A stretch of 64,000 bases of DNA, taken from the NCBI GenBank assembly GCA_963846545.1, contig CAWJWG010000001.1, positions 2,442,055 through 2,506,054 on the forward strand. Reading direction: 5' to 3'. The notes beneath the pieces are model-generated. The model made no database searches and was not told the DNA's origin. It was given only the letters and a program-made list of their open reading frames with translations. Positions within the stretch are counted from its first letter, which is position 1. Each line of letters opens with the position of its first letter. Source of the DNA: an uncultured Gemmatimonadales bacterium. Lineage in GTDB: Bacteria; Gemmatimonadota; Gemmatimonadetes; Gemmatimonadales; GWC2-71-9. This document shows, piece after piece, positions 29,901 through 37,180 of the stretch. The position numbers and the translations under genes are program-made.

Positions 29901-29991
29901 CGTGCACGTCGGTCGTGGCGACGAGCACGACGTGGGCACTGTCCGGGGCTTGGGCGACGGCGAGTGATGCTGCGAAGAGGAGCGAGAGCAT
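26971..29991 (-). CDS. secreted bifunctional metallophosphatase/5'-nucleotidase with a duplicated, degenerate second module
   Basis: Start taken at M17 (MLSLLFAASLAVAQA signal), because the upstream gene ends at 30009. Module 1 has TTDVHG, DAGDLLQGNP, GNHDFDWG, GHSHGE plus a 5'-nucleotidase C domain. Module 2 has the same order but altered motifs. Confidence 0.85.
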   Translation of the reverse strand: MLSLLFAASLAVAQAPDSAHVVLVATTDVHGRATAWDYLADREAPGGLTRVATVVDSLRRRYPGQVVVLDAGDLLQGNPFASYAARPDRDGSNPIIDAMNLVGYDVVTPGNHDFDWGVPELERALTDAAFPYVSANIFLVVRDSLLVRPYRVLRRGPVRVAVTGFTTPGAMVWDRERLRGRLRVGRIEASARATFDAMRRTSELVVALSHSGIAGGSTYDTTGVGAEHAAGSFATLRARPDVVIVGHSHGEIRDSVIGGVHFVQPRPYAAGVVVVHVDLARPEDGAWAVKRIRSDLVTTRDVPPSALLEQRLRPAHDSVRAWLRAPVGNGVAAMPASAARAGPTPLLDWMLETFRRRGGAQLSAGPVFDLHAGLPADTIRRRDIRRLYPFENTLRTIRVTGEQLRAYLEHSAEYFRVDPAGRVSLNEAMAGYDFDIVRGARYDIDLRQPVGSRITSLSVGGRPVEPQHTYTLAINSHRQVGSGGYGMIAGAPVVSDTGESIPELLEDEIRRRPPDPAAIAPSEWRIVPEVSAVAVREIYDIAPPPLPASPRDTVVLRVLGTAGLHGLLGASAGALTRTMDSLGADCGCPTMRIDGGGAADGRAAVPVLNRMGFAASAIAERDFDRSVDTLRTRSGESSFPWLAANVFDSATGARPSWVVPYRMVEVGGGRVAVVGYVTPDTKTSQAAERTRGLRFGAGELGLHDALGEVRRAKPALTVVLAHAEGGELARLAEELRGSGVDLVVGGKGGQAMDTRIGGISVVSGAGARSLAVADLVKTTGGGFEVRARLAEVGAGAAAPGTPLAAALDTFARRSDSLARRTQAQLKRPLTRDGAQHTLGGIVAEARRNLARADLGLVRNASLRADLPAGPVTLARLRAVEPDGSDLVRLTLTGVQVQSLLEQAVESGAGPNAHLAGVRVRYDPRAPAGQRIKEVMLGTGGKLRPRDSYTVATDDSTAAGAGGYRMLVGRPTERVGLLDVQAVATYLRRLPQPVEVEASSAFQSTRR

Positions 29992-30008
29992 CGCCGGAGG
30001 AATATAGA

Positions 30009-30479
30009 CTAGCGGGCCGGCTCCGGGCCGCTGTTCCACATGTCCAGCACCATGCGCCAGCCTTTCGCATCCCGCCGCCAGACGACAACGTACTTCCCCT
30101 TGGCCGGACCCCAGGCCACGCCGTCGCGCTCACCCGCGATCTCGTAGGTGCCGTAGTCGTAGGCGTGAGCCCCCTCCACCACGATCCGCGCCGGCGTCAG
30201 GACGTGCCGAGTGATGCGCTGGCCGGGCGACGGGGTCCAGTACTTCAGGATGGCGTCGCGACCCTCGATCCGATCGGAGCGCTCCGGGAAAAGCACTGCG
30301 TCCGCCGTGTACAGGGCAGTCACCGCGGCGGCATCGCCCCGCACGTAGGCGGCGGAGAACTCCCGAGCGAGCTTGTGAAGGGCGGTGGTATCGGACGGGG
30401 CCTGCGCCGCGAGGGGCCGGTGGAACACCAGGGCAAAGGCGACCGCCACGATCGTCCCGAGAAGCCATCGAACTCGCAT
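30009..30479 (-). CDS. secreted SnoaL/NTF2-like (DUF4440-like) protein
   Basis: Signal MRVRWLLGTIVAVAFALVFHRPLAAQA. Segment F..AY..GDAAAVTALYT.DAVLFPE...I.GR.AI..YW is typical of the fold. Confidence 0.65.
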   Translation of the reverse strand: MRVRWLLGTIVAVAFALVFHRPLAAQAPSDTTALHKLAREFSAAYVRGDAAAVTALYTADAVLFPERSDRIEGRDAILKYWTPSPGQRITRHVLTPARIVVEGAHAYDYGTYEIAGERDGVAWGPAKGKYVVVWRRDAKGWRMVLDMWNSGPEPAR

Positions 30480-30614
30480 GTGACATCCCGACGCTGAAAG
30501 GACTGGTTTGACCCCGCGTAGGCAGTGAAGCGATGAAATCTACCGCCGACATTCCGCCTCGACGGCACTCTGGCCCTTGTTCATCCTCCCAGGCATATAT
30601 ATGTTCCAACGCAT

Positions 30615-31010
30615 ATGAGCGCCCCATCGGCCACCGACATCCTCCTCACCGTCGCGGAGCCCACCCGGCTTCGGATTCTCAACTGCCTGGCCGCGGCGCC
30701 CCTCTTCGTCTCCGACCTGCAGGACGTGCTCGATCTGCCGCAGCCCACCGTCTCCCGCCACTTGCAGGTGCTCCGCAAGGCGGACCTGGTGCGGGATACC
30801 CCGATCGCCCAGTTCGTGCTCTACCGGCTCCGCCGCGATGCCGGCGTTCCCGGCCGTCTCCTGTCGGCTATCCTCGAGGCGGTGGTACAGGACGATTCGG
30901 GGATGCGGGCGGAGCGACACCGGGCGGCGGACCGGAGCCGGACGCGCACCGCCCGGGTGCAGGAGCCGCCGGCCATCCGCTCGCTGACGCGAACCAAGAG
31001 GCCGACATGA
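30615..31010 (+). CDS. ArsR/SmtB-family transcriptional regulator lacking the canonical metal-binding Cys pair
   Basis: AEPTRLRILNCL...VSDLQDVLDLPQPTVSRHLQVLRKADLV winged-helix signature. PLFVSDL replaces the ELCVCDL-type site. Confidence 0.85.
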   Translation: MSAPSATDILLTVAEPTRLRILNCLAAAPLFVSDLQDVLDLPQPTVSRHLQVLRKADLVRDTPIAQFVLYRLRRDAGVPGRLLSAILEAVVQDDSGMRAERHRAADRSRTRTARVQEPPAIRSLTRTKRPT

Positions 31011-31714
31011 CGCATCGCATTCTCGTCGTGGACGACGAGCCCGACATCACGGCTCTCGTCGCCTATCACCTGGCCAAGGCCGGGTTTCGCGTCTCCACCG
31101 CCGGCAACGGCCCGGATGCGCTCAAGGCGGCGCGCGAGGAGAAGCCGGACATCGTCATTCTCGACCTGATGCTGCCCGGGATCTCGGGGTACGACATCCT
31201 GGCCGAGCTGCGGAAGCGGGACGAGACCAGGGACGTCGGCGTCATCCTGCTGACCGCGCGGCGGGAGGAGACCGACCGCATCCGCGGCCTCACACTCGGC
31301 GCGGACGATTACCTCACCAAACCGTTCTCCCCCCAGGAGCTCTCGCTCCGCGTGCGAGGGCTCCTGCGCCGACTCGGCTCGCCGCCGGTGACCGCGGGTT
31401 CCACGCTCGCCGCCGGTCCGATCTCGATCGACCGCTCCGCCCATCGTGCCACCGTCGCGGGCGAGGAGCTGAGCCTCACCGCGACCGAGTACAAGCTCCT
31501 GCTCACGCTGGTCGAGCGACGCGGACGGGTGCAGACCCGCCCGCAGCTGCTCGAGACCGTGTGGGAGGCTCAGCCCGACATCCAGACCCGCACAGTGGAC
31601 ATGCACGTCCAGCGGCTCCGCACCAAGCTCGGCGACGCCGGCAGGATGATCGAGACGGTGCGGGGCTTCGGCTATCGGTTCAAGGGAACGGAGCGGGGAG
31701 TCCGCACCCGGTGA
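31007..31714 (+). CDS. phoB: OmpR/PhoB-family response regulator
   Basis: ATGA overlap with arsR. ILVVDDEPD, IVILDLMLPGISG, LTKPF, and a C-terminal winged helix (LTATEYKLL...VDMHVQRLRTKL...RGFGYRF). The phoB name is inferred from the pst/phoU context. Confidence 0.85.
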   Translation: MTHRILVVDDEPDITALVAYHLAKAGFRVSTAGNGPDALKAAREEKPDIVILDLMLPGISGYDILAELRKRDETRDVGVILLTARREETDRIRGLTLGADDYLTKPFSPQELSLRVRGLLRRLGSPPVTAGSTLAAGPISIDRSAHRATVAGEELSLTATEYKLLLTLVERRGRVQTRPQLLETVWEAQPDIQTRTVDMHVQRLRTKLGDAGRMIETVRGFGYRFKGTERGVRTR

Positions 31715-33432
31715 CATTCGCGACCCGGCTGGTCGCGGGGACGCTGCTGGTCCTCGTGCTCGCGGTCGCCGTCCTGCTGCTCGCCGCGGAGCGCTCGCTG
31801 CGGCACGACCTCGTGGGCGACATCGAGCGCTCCCTCGAGAGTGAGGCCGGGCTCATCCGCGAGGCGCTGGAGCCCGACTCCACGACATGGGAGGAGAGCG
31901 TCCGCCGGCTGGCCGGCCAGAACAACCGCCGGATCACCATCGTCGACGCGGCCGGCCGGGTCCGGGCCGACAGCGATTTTCCTCCCGGCCCCCTGCCAGC
32001 CATCGAGAGCCACCTCGACCGTCCGGAAATTCAGGCCGCGCTCGACGGCAAGACCGGAGTCGCTTCGCGGCGGAGTGAGACGGTCGGCCGCACCTTGCTC
32101 TACGTGGCCGTGCCGGGCGGGCCCGGCGCCATCCGGGTCGCCGCGAGCTTGAGCCAGGTGGACGAGATCGTCCGCCGGGCGCAGGGCGCCGTGACCGGCG
32201 CCGCCTTGCTCGCCCTGCTCGTCGGCACCGTCTTCGCGCTGCTCGCGGGCCGGTCCATCGCGCGCCCACTCACCGGCATCACCACGGCGGCGCGCGCGAT
32301 CGCTGCAGGTTCCCCGCCCCGCTTCCCTCGGTCCGGCGTTCCCGACATCGACCAGCTGGTGCAGGCGCTCCGCCAGATGCACCGGCAGCTGGCGGACCGC
32401 TTCGACGAGCTGCGCCGGGAGCAGGCCGAGACCGCGGCATTGATCGAGTCCATGGTGGAGGGTGTGATCGCGGCCGACGAGCGCGGTCGCATCGCCACGG
32501 CCAACCCGGCCGCCAGACGTCTGCTCGGCTACGACCAGCTCGACCCCCTTCCCGACCTCCCCGAGCTGTTCCGGGTCAAGGGCGCGCGCGAGGTGGTGGA
32601 CGCCGTGCTCGCGGGCACGCCGGTGCAGGACCGCGAAGTCGAGCTCGACGGACGGTCACTCCTGTTGAATGCGCGACCGCTGCCGACGGGCGGTGCGGTG
32701 CTGGTAATGCACGACCTGACCGAGCAGCGCAGGCTGGAGGCGGTCCGTCGCGACTTCGTCGCCAACGTCTCCCACGAGCTCAAGACGCCGCTCACCTCGA
32801 TCTCCGGCTATGCGGAAACCCTGTTGACAGACCCTCCGGATCCGGAGATGGCACGGGGGTTCCTCGCCACGATCCTCGGGAACGCTCGGCGCATGCAGCG
32901 GCTGGTGGACGACCTGCTCGACCTCTCGCGCATCGAGGCCGGACGCTGGCAGCCTACGCGCGTCGAAGCGGACGTCGCCGCCGCGGCCCACGAGGCGTGG
33001 ACCGAGGTGTCCGCGCGGCCCGGTGCGCAGGCCATCGCCTTCACGGTCGAGATCGACCCGGCAGCCGAAAAGCTGTGGGTCGACCTGGACGCGCTGCGCC
33101 AGGTGCTCACCAACCTGCTGGAAAACTCCCTGCGCCACACGCCGGCGGGCGGAGCGATCGCGTGTCTGGCGCGGCGGGATCATGGCGGCGTCGCGGTCTC
33201 GGTGCGCGACAACGGTGCGGGGATCACGCGCGAACATCTGCCGCGCATCTTCGAGCGGTTCTACCGAGCCGACGCCTCGAGGTCCCGCGAAGAGGGCGGC
33301 ACCGGCCTGGGCCTGGCCATCGTGAAGCACCTGGTCGAGGCGCATGGGGGCCGCGTGTCCGCCGACAGCGAGCGCGGGCGCGGCACGACGGTGACCTGCT
33401 GGTTCCCCGACGGCGTGGCAGCCGTTAGTTGA
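31711..33432 (+). CDS. phoR: sensor histidine kinase (PhoR-like)
   Basis: GTGA overlap with phoB. N-terminal TM, periplasmic segment, second TM with HAMP, PAS-like region, H-box FVANVSHELKTPLTSI, N/G boxes (NLLENSLRHT, DNGAGI, GGTGLGLAIVK). Confidence 0.85.
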   Translation: MTFATRLVAGTLLVLVLAVAVLLLAAERSLRHDLVGDIERSLESEAGLIREALEPDSTTWEESVRRLAGQNNRRITIVDAAGRVRADSDFPPGPLPAIESHLDRPEIQAALDGKTGVASRRSETVGRTLLYVAVPGGPGAIRVAASLSQVDEIVRRAQGAVTGAALLALLVGTVFALLAGRSIARPLTGITTAARAIAAGSPPRFPRSGVPDIDQLVQALRQMHRQLADRFDELRREQAETAALIESMVEGVIAADERGRIATANPAARRLLGYDQLDPLPDLPELFRVKGAREVVDAVLAGTPVQDREVELDGRSLLLNARPLPTGGAVLVMHDLTEQRRLEAVRRDFVANVSHELKTPLTSISGYAETLLTDPPDPEMARGFLATILGNARRMQRLVDDLLDLSRIEAGRWQPTRVEADVAAAAHEAWTEVSARPGAQAIAFTVEIDPAAEKLWVDLDALRQVLTNLLENSLRHTPAGGAIACLARRDHGGVAVSVRDNGAGITREHLPRIFERFYRADASRSREEGGTGLGLAIVKHLVEAHGGRVSADSERGRGTTVTCWFPDGVAAVS

Positions 33433-33706
33433 CAGCTGCGGGGATCGTGGCGTACCCACGCCGTTCACGGCCTCCACCTCCCACCGGTCGCTGCTCGGCA
33501 GTCGCTTGATCTCCATCGCCCATCACCGGTCTTCGACCGTCTACCCAGTCCCCATTCGGTCGCATCGCCACGCCATCGTCCCCGGTCCGTGCTACTCCTC
33601 AGGTTACCCGGCCGTTACAGGGCAGCACGTGTTTCGTGACGTGACCTGGGCTTCTTAGGCTCGATCACAGACCCTGGCAGTCACCCTTTGGCTCGAAAGG
33701 ACGCGC

Positions 33707-34888
33707 ATGCGTGTGCTGGCTCGCGGGATCGTGAGTGGGGGCTTGGTCCTGGCGGCGACGGCGGGAATCTGCTCGGCGCAGACCACCTATCCCAACGTCA
33801 AGGTGACCGGTCGCCTGCAGGAGCAGTTCTACTACTTCGGCAACGACGCGTTTGCGTCGACGGTCGGCGCCCAGAGCAACGTCTTCACCCGGCGCGCCCG
33901 CATCGAGGCGCGCGGCAACATCTCCGAGAACGTGTCCGTCTACATCCAACCGTCGTTCGAGGGCGGGCGGAACCTCTCCAACCTTACCACGACCTGCACC
34001 TCGGACGAGGTGCCGGCGGGCGGAGGAACCCCGACGATCACCTGCCGCACCACCGGCCGGAGCGGCCTGCGGCTGCGGGACGCGTACATCGACGTGCGGT
34101 TCAGCAAGGAGGCCAGCAAGTCGGCGCTGTACCTCCGCGCAGGGCAGGAGAAGCGTCCGTACAGCCGCTACGAGCTGACCTCGTCCAACAACCTGCCGAG
34201 CATCGAGCGCGGGGCGGGCCAGGGACTGCTTTCCCGGGGGTCCAACGACCTCTTCGCGTCGGCCGGGTTCCTCTCTCACGACGTCGGCGCCAGCCTGCGC
34301 CTCGAGCACAAGCTGGACGACGTCCGGCTCGTGACCGTGAAGCTCGGGGCCTACAACGGGCAGGGCGAGAGCCTGAACGACGTCAACGACAAGAAGAGCT
34401 TCGGCGCCCGCGCCACGGCGGCGGTGACCGCGAAGATCGACGTCGGCGCCTCCTGGTTCACCCACGACGCCATCGTGACGACGGGCGGCGTGGCCGACTC
34501 CAGCTTCAGCAACACCGCGTTCGACCTGGACGCGCAGTACGGCAAGCCGGGCGACGAAGGCCTCTACGCCCTGGTCGAGTATCTGCAGGGCAAAGACGCC
34601 TCGGCCGCCAAGCTCGACATGCGTGGCATCCAGGGCCTGGCCGCCTACAACATCCGCATGACCAGTCCCACGTCCTGGCTCTACGCGGTCGAGCCGTTCG
34701 CCAGGGTGGATCTGGCGGATCCGGACACCGACACCGACGACAACGGCGCAACGCTCGTCACCGCCGGCCTCGGCCTCTACATGTCGAGCCGGGCATGGAT
34801 CCGTGTCGCCTACGAGCGGCAGAGCTTCCAGGCCGAAGGAGCCGAGAGCATCAGCGGCATCCGCAGCATGCTGGCGGTGAACTTCTAG
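33707..34888 (+). CDS. outer-membrane porin, phosphate-selective porin O/P-like
   Basis: Signal peptide ending CSAQ. Alternating beta-strand pattern. RRARIEARG and LRDAYIDVRF motifs. C-terminal aromatic residue (..LAVNF). Confidence 0.75.
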   Translation: MRVLARGIVSGGLVLAATAGICSAQTTYPNVKVTGRLQEQFYYFGNDAFASTVGAQSNVFTRRARIEARGNISENVSVYIQPSFEGGRNLSNLTTTCTSDEVPAGGGTPTITCRTTGRSGLRLRDAYIDVRFSKEASKSALYLRAGQEKRPYSRYELTSSNNLPSIERGAGQGLLSRGSNDLFASAGFLSHDVGASLRLEHKLDDVRLVTVKLGAYNGQGESLNDVNDKKSFGARATAAVTAKIDVGASWFTHDAIVTTGGVADSSFSNTAFDLDAQYGKPGDEGLYALVEYLQGKDASAAKLDMRGIQGLAAYNIRMTSPTSWLYAVEPFARVDLADPDTDTDDNGATLVTAGLGLYMSSRAWIRVAYERQSFQAEGAESISGIRSMLAVNF

Positions 34889-34890
34889 GG

Positions 34891-34956
34891 GTTGTCATCC
34901 TGAGCGCAGCGAAGGAGCCGGAGCGACACCTCCCCCCTCGCTTCGCTCAGGGTGAC
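34891..34956. repeat. REP-like imperfect palindromic element (GTCATCCTGAGCGCAGCGAAGG ... CCTCGCTTCGCTCAGGGTGAC)
   Basis: About 20-bp inverted arms separated by about 20 nt, in the porin-pstS spacer. The left arm recurs at 13583-13610. Confidence 0.7.
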
Positions 34957-35025
34957 ACCGACAACACACGACGACGCGGCGATGTGGACGACAGGACCGA
35001 TTCAACAACCGAGGACTCGAGAATC

Positions 35026-36063
35026 ATGCGGACTTTCAGACTCGCGCTCACCGGACTGCTGCTGCTCGCGGCGCCGCTCGGAGCCCAGACCCTGAACGGG
35101 GCCGGCGCCTCGTTCCCCAATCCGATCTACACCAAGTGGTTTGACGCCTACAACAAGAAGACCGGCGTGCGGATCAACTACCAGTCGATCGGCTCCGGCG
35201 GCGGCATCCGCCAGTTCACCGAGGGCACCGTGGACTTCGGCGCCACCGACGGACCGATGAACGAGTCGCAGATCGCGGCCGTGAAGGGGAACGTGCTGCA
35301 CGTGCCGACCGTCCTGGGCGCCGTGGTCGTGACCTACAACCTGCCGTCGCTGGGCGAGACACGGCTCAAGTTCGACGGGAGCGTGTTGGTGGAGATCTTC
35401 ATGGGCCGCGTCACCCGCTGGGACGACAGGCGGATCGCGGCGCTCAATCCGGGCGTGAAGCTGCCCGCCATGGACATCATCGTGGTGCACCGGTCCGACG
35501 GGTCGGGCACCACCTATATCTTTACCGACTTCCTCAACAAGTTCTCCCGCGAGTGGCGCGACAAGGTTGGCTTCGCCACGTCGGTGAGCTGGCCCGTCGG
35601 CCTCGGGGGCAAGGGCAACGAGGGCGTCGCCCAGCAAGTGAAACAGACCGAGGGCGCGTTGGGCTACGTCGAGTTGATCTACGCCCTGTCGAACGGCCTG
35701 GGCTACGGGGAGATCAAGAACGCGGCCGGCCGCTTCGTCGCACCCTCGCTCGAATCCGTCACCACCGCGGCCGCCGGCACCAAGCTGGCGAAGGACACCG
35801 ATTTCCGGGTCTCCATCACGAACGCTCCCGGCGCCACGTCGTACCCGATCGCGTCTTTCACGTGGCTGCTGGTGCACAAGAACGAAACGGATGTCGCGAA
35901 GGCGAAGATCATCAAGGATTTCCTGACCTGGATGATCTCGCCCGAGGCGCAGAAGATGGCCGCCGACCTCAACTACGCACCGCTGCCCGCCGAGGTCGTC
36001 ACTCTCGTGCAGGACCGCCTGGGCTCGCTGAAGGCCGGCGGCAAGGCGATCGCCGCCAACTAG
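35026..36063 (+). CDS. pstS: phosphate ABC transporter substrate-binding protein PstS (copy 1, Sec signal)
   Basis: MRTFRLALTGLLLLAAPLGAQ signal. GAGASFPNPIYTKWF, INYQSIGSGGGIRQF, DFGATDGPM, VVHRSDGSGTT. Confidence 0.95.
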   Translation: MRTFRLALTGLLLLAAPLGAQTLNGAGASFPNPIYTKWFDAYNKKTGVRINYQSIGSGGGIRQFTEGTVDFGATDGPMNESQIAAVKGNVLHVPTVLGAVVVTYNLPSLGETRLKFDGSVLVEIFMGRVTRWDDRRIAALNPGVKLPAMDIIVVHRSDGSGTTYIFTDFLNKFSREWRDKVGFATSVSWPVGLGGKGNEGVAQQVKQTEGALGYVELIYALSNGLGYGEIKNAAGRFVAPSLESVTTAAAGTKLAKDTDFRVSITNAPGATSYPIASFTWLLVHKNETDVAKAKIIKDFLTWMISPEAQKMAADLNYAPLPAEVVTLVQDRLGSLKAGGKAIAAN

Positions 36064-36072
36064 GAGCATTCC

Positions 36073-37143
36073 GTGACCATCCGACTGCCCGTCACCACCG
36101 CGCTCGTCTTTCTCGCCGCCTGCGGTGGCGAGAAGCCCCCGGCCTCCAGTTCCGCCGCGTCCGGTGCCAGTGTCGGCGAGGGCGCGCCCGCCGGGGGCGG
36201 CGCGCTCACCGGCGCCGGCGCGACATTCCCCAATCCGATCTACACCAAGTGGTTCCACGCGTACGCCGAAGAGACCGGCGTGCGGATCAACTACCAGTCG
36301 ATCGGCTCCGGCGGCGGTATCCGCCAATTTACCGAGGGCACGGTGGACTTCGGGGCCACTGACGGGCCGATGAACGACCAGCAGATCGCGGCGGCGGGCA
36401 ACAACGTGTTGCACCTGCCGACCGTGCTGGGCGCCGTGGTCGTGACCTACAACCTGCCGGAAGTCGGCCAGACCCATCTGAAGTTCGACGGTGCCACCCT
36501 GGCCGACGTCTTCATGGGCCGCATCACCAAGTGGAACGACACCCGCGTCGCGGCACTCAACTCCGGGGTCAAGCTTCCGGCCAAGGACATCATCGTGGTC
36601 CACCGGTCCGACGGCTCGGGCACGTCGTTCATCTTCACCGACTTCCTCTCCAAGGTCTCTCCCAAGTGGAAGCAGAGGGTGGGGAGCGCGACCTCGGTGG
36701 AATGGCCGATCGGACTCGGCGGCAAGGGCAACGAAGGCGTGACGCAACAGGTGAAGCAGTCCGACGGCGCCATCGGCTACGTCGAGCTCATCTACGCGAT
36801 CTCGAACAAGCTCCCCTATGCCGATCTCAAGAATGCCGAGGGCCACTTCGTCGAGCCGTCACTCAAGAGCGTGACGGCCGCGGCCGCCGCCGCCGACCTC
36901 AAACCCGACAGCGATTTCCGGGTGTCGATCACGAACGCCGCCGGTGCCGAAGCGTATCCCGTCTCGTCGTTCACCTGGCTCCTGATCCAGTCCGAGCCGC
37001 GCGACAGCGCGAAGGGCGCGCTGATCCGCAACTTCGTCAAATGGATGTTGCGGCCCGAGGCACAGCGGATGGCAGCGGACCTCCACTACGCGCCGCTCCC
37101 GGCGCCCGTGATCGAACTGGTCCAGAAGCGCATGGCGAATTGA
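36073..37143 (+). CDS. pstS: phosphate ABC transporter substrate-binding protein PstS (copy 2, lipoprotein)
   Basis: GTG start. Lipobox VFLAACGG. Same PstS motifs as copy 1. Confidence 0.9.
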   Translation: MTIRLPVTTALVFLAACGGEKPPASSSAASGASVGEGAPAGGGALTGAGATFPNPIYTKWFHAYAEETGVRINYQSIGSGGGIRQFTEGTVDFGATDGPMNDQQIAAAGNNVLHLPTVLGAVVVTYNLPEVGQTHLKFDGATLADVFMGRITKWNDTRVAALNSGVKLPAKDIIVVHRSDGSGTSFIFTDFLSKVSPKWKQRVGSATSVEWPIGLGGKGNEGVTQQVKQSDGAIGYVELIYAISNKLPYADLKNAEGHFVEPSLKSVTAAAAAADLKPDSDFRVSITNAAGAEAYPVSSFTWLLIQSEPRDSAKGALIRNFVKWMLRPEAQRMAADLHYAPLPAPVIELVQKRMAN

Positions 37144-37180
37144 GCCTCGACCCGGTCCGTGACGCGGCCGTTACACGGCC

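Noticed and set aside
33688-36063. 791-aa ORF spanning the porin and pstS.
   Set aside because: The first 446 codons are an alternative frame of the porin gene with nonsense composition. Only the part from ATG 35026 carries PstS motifs and a signal peptide.
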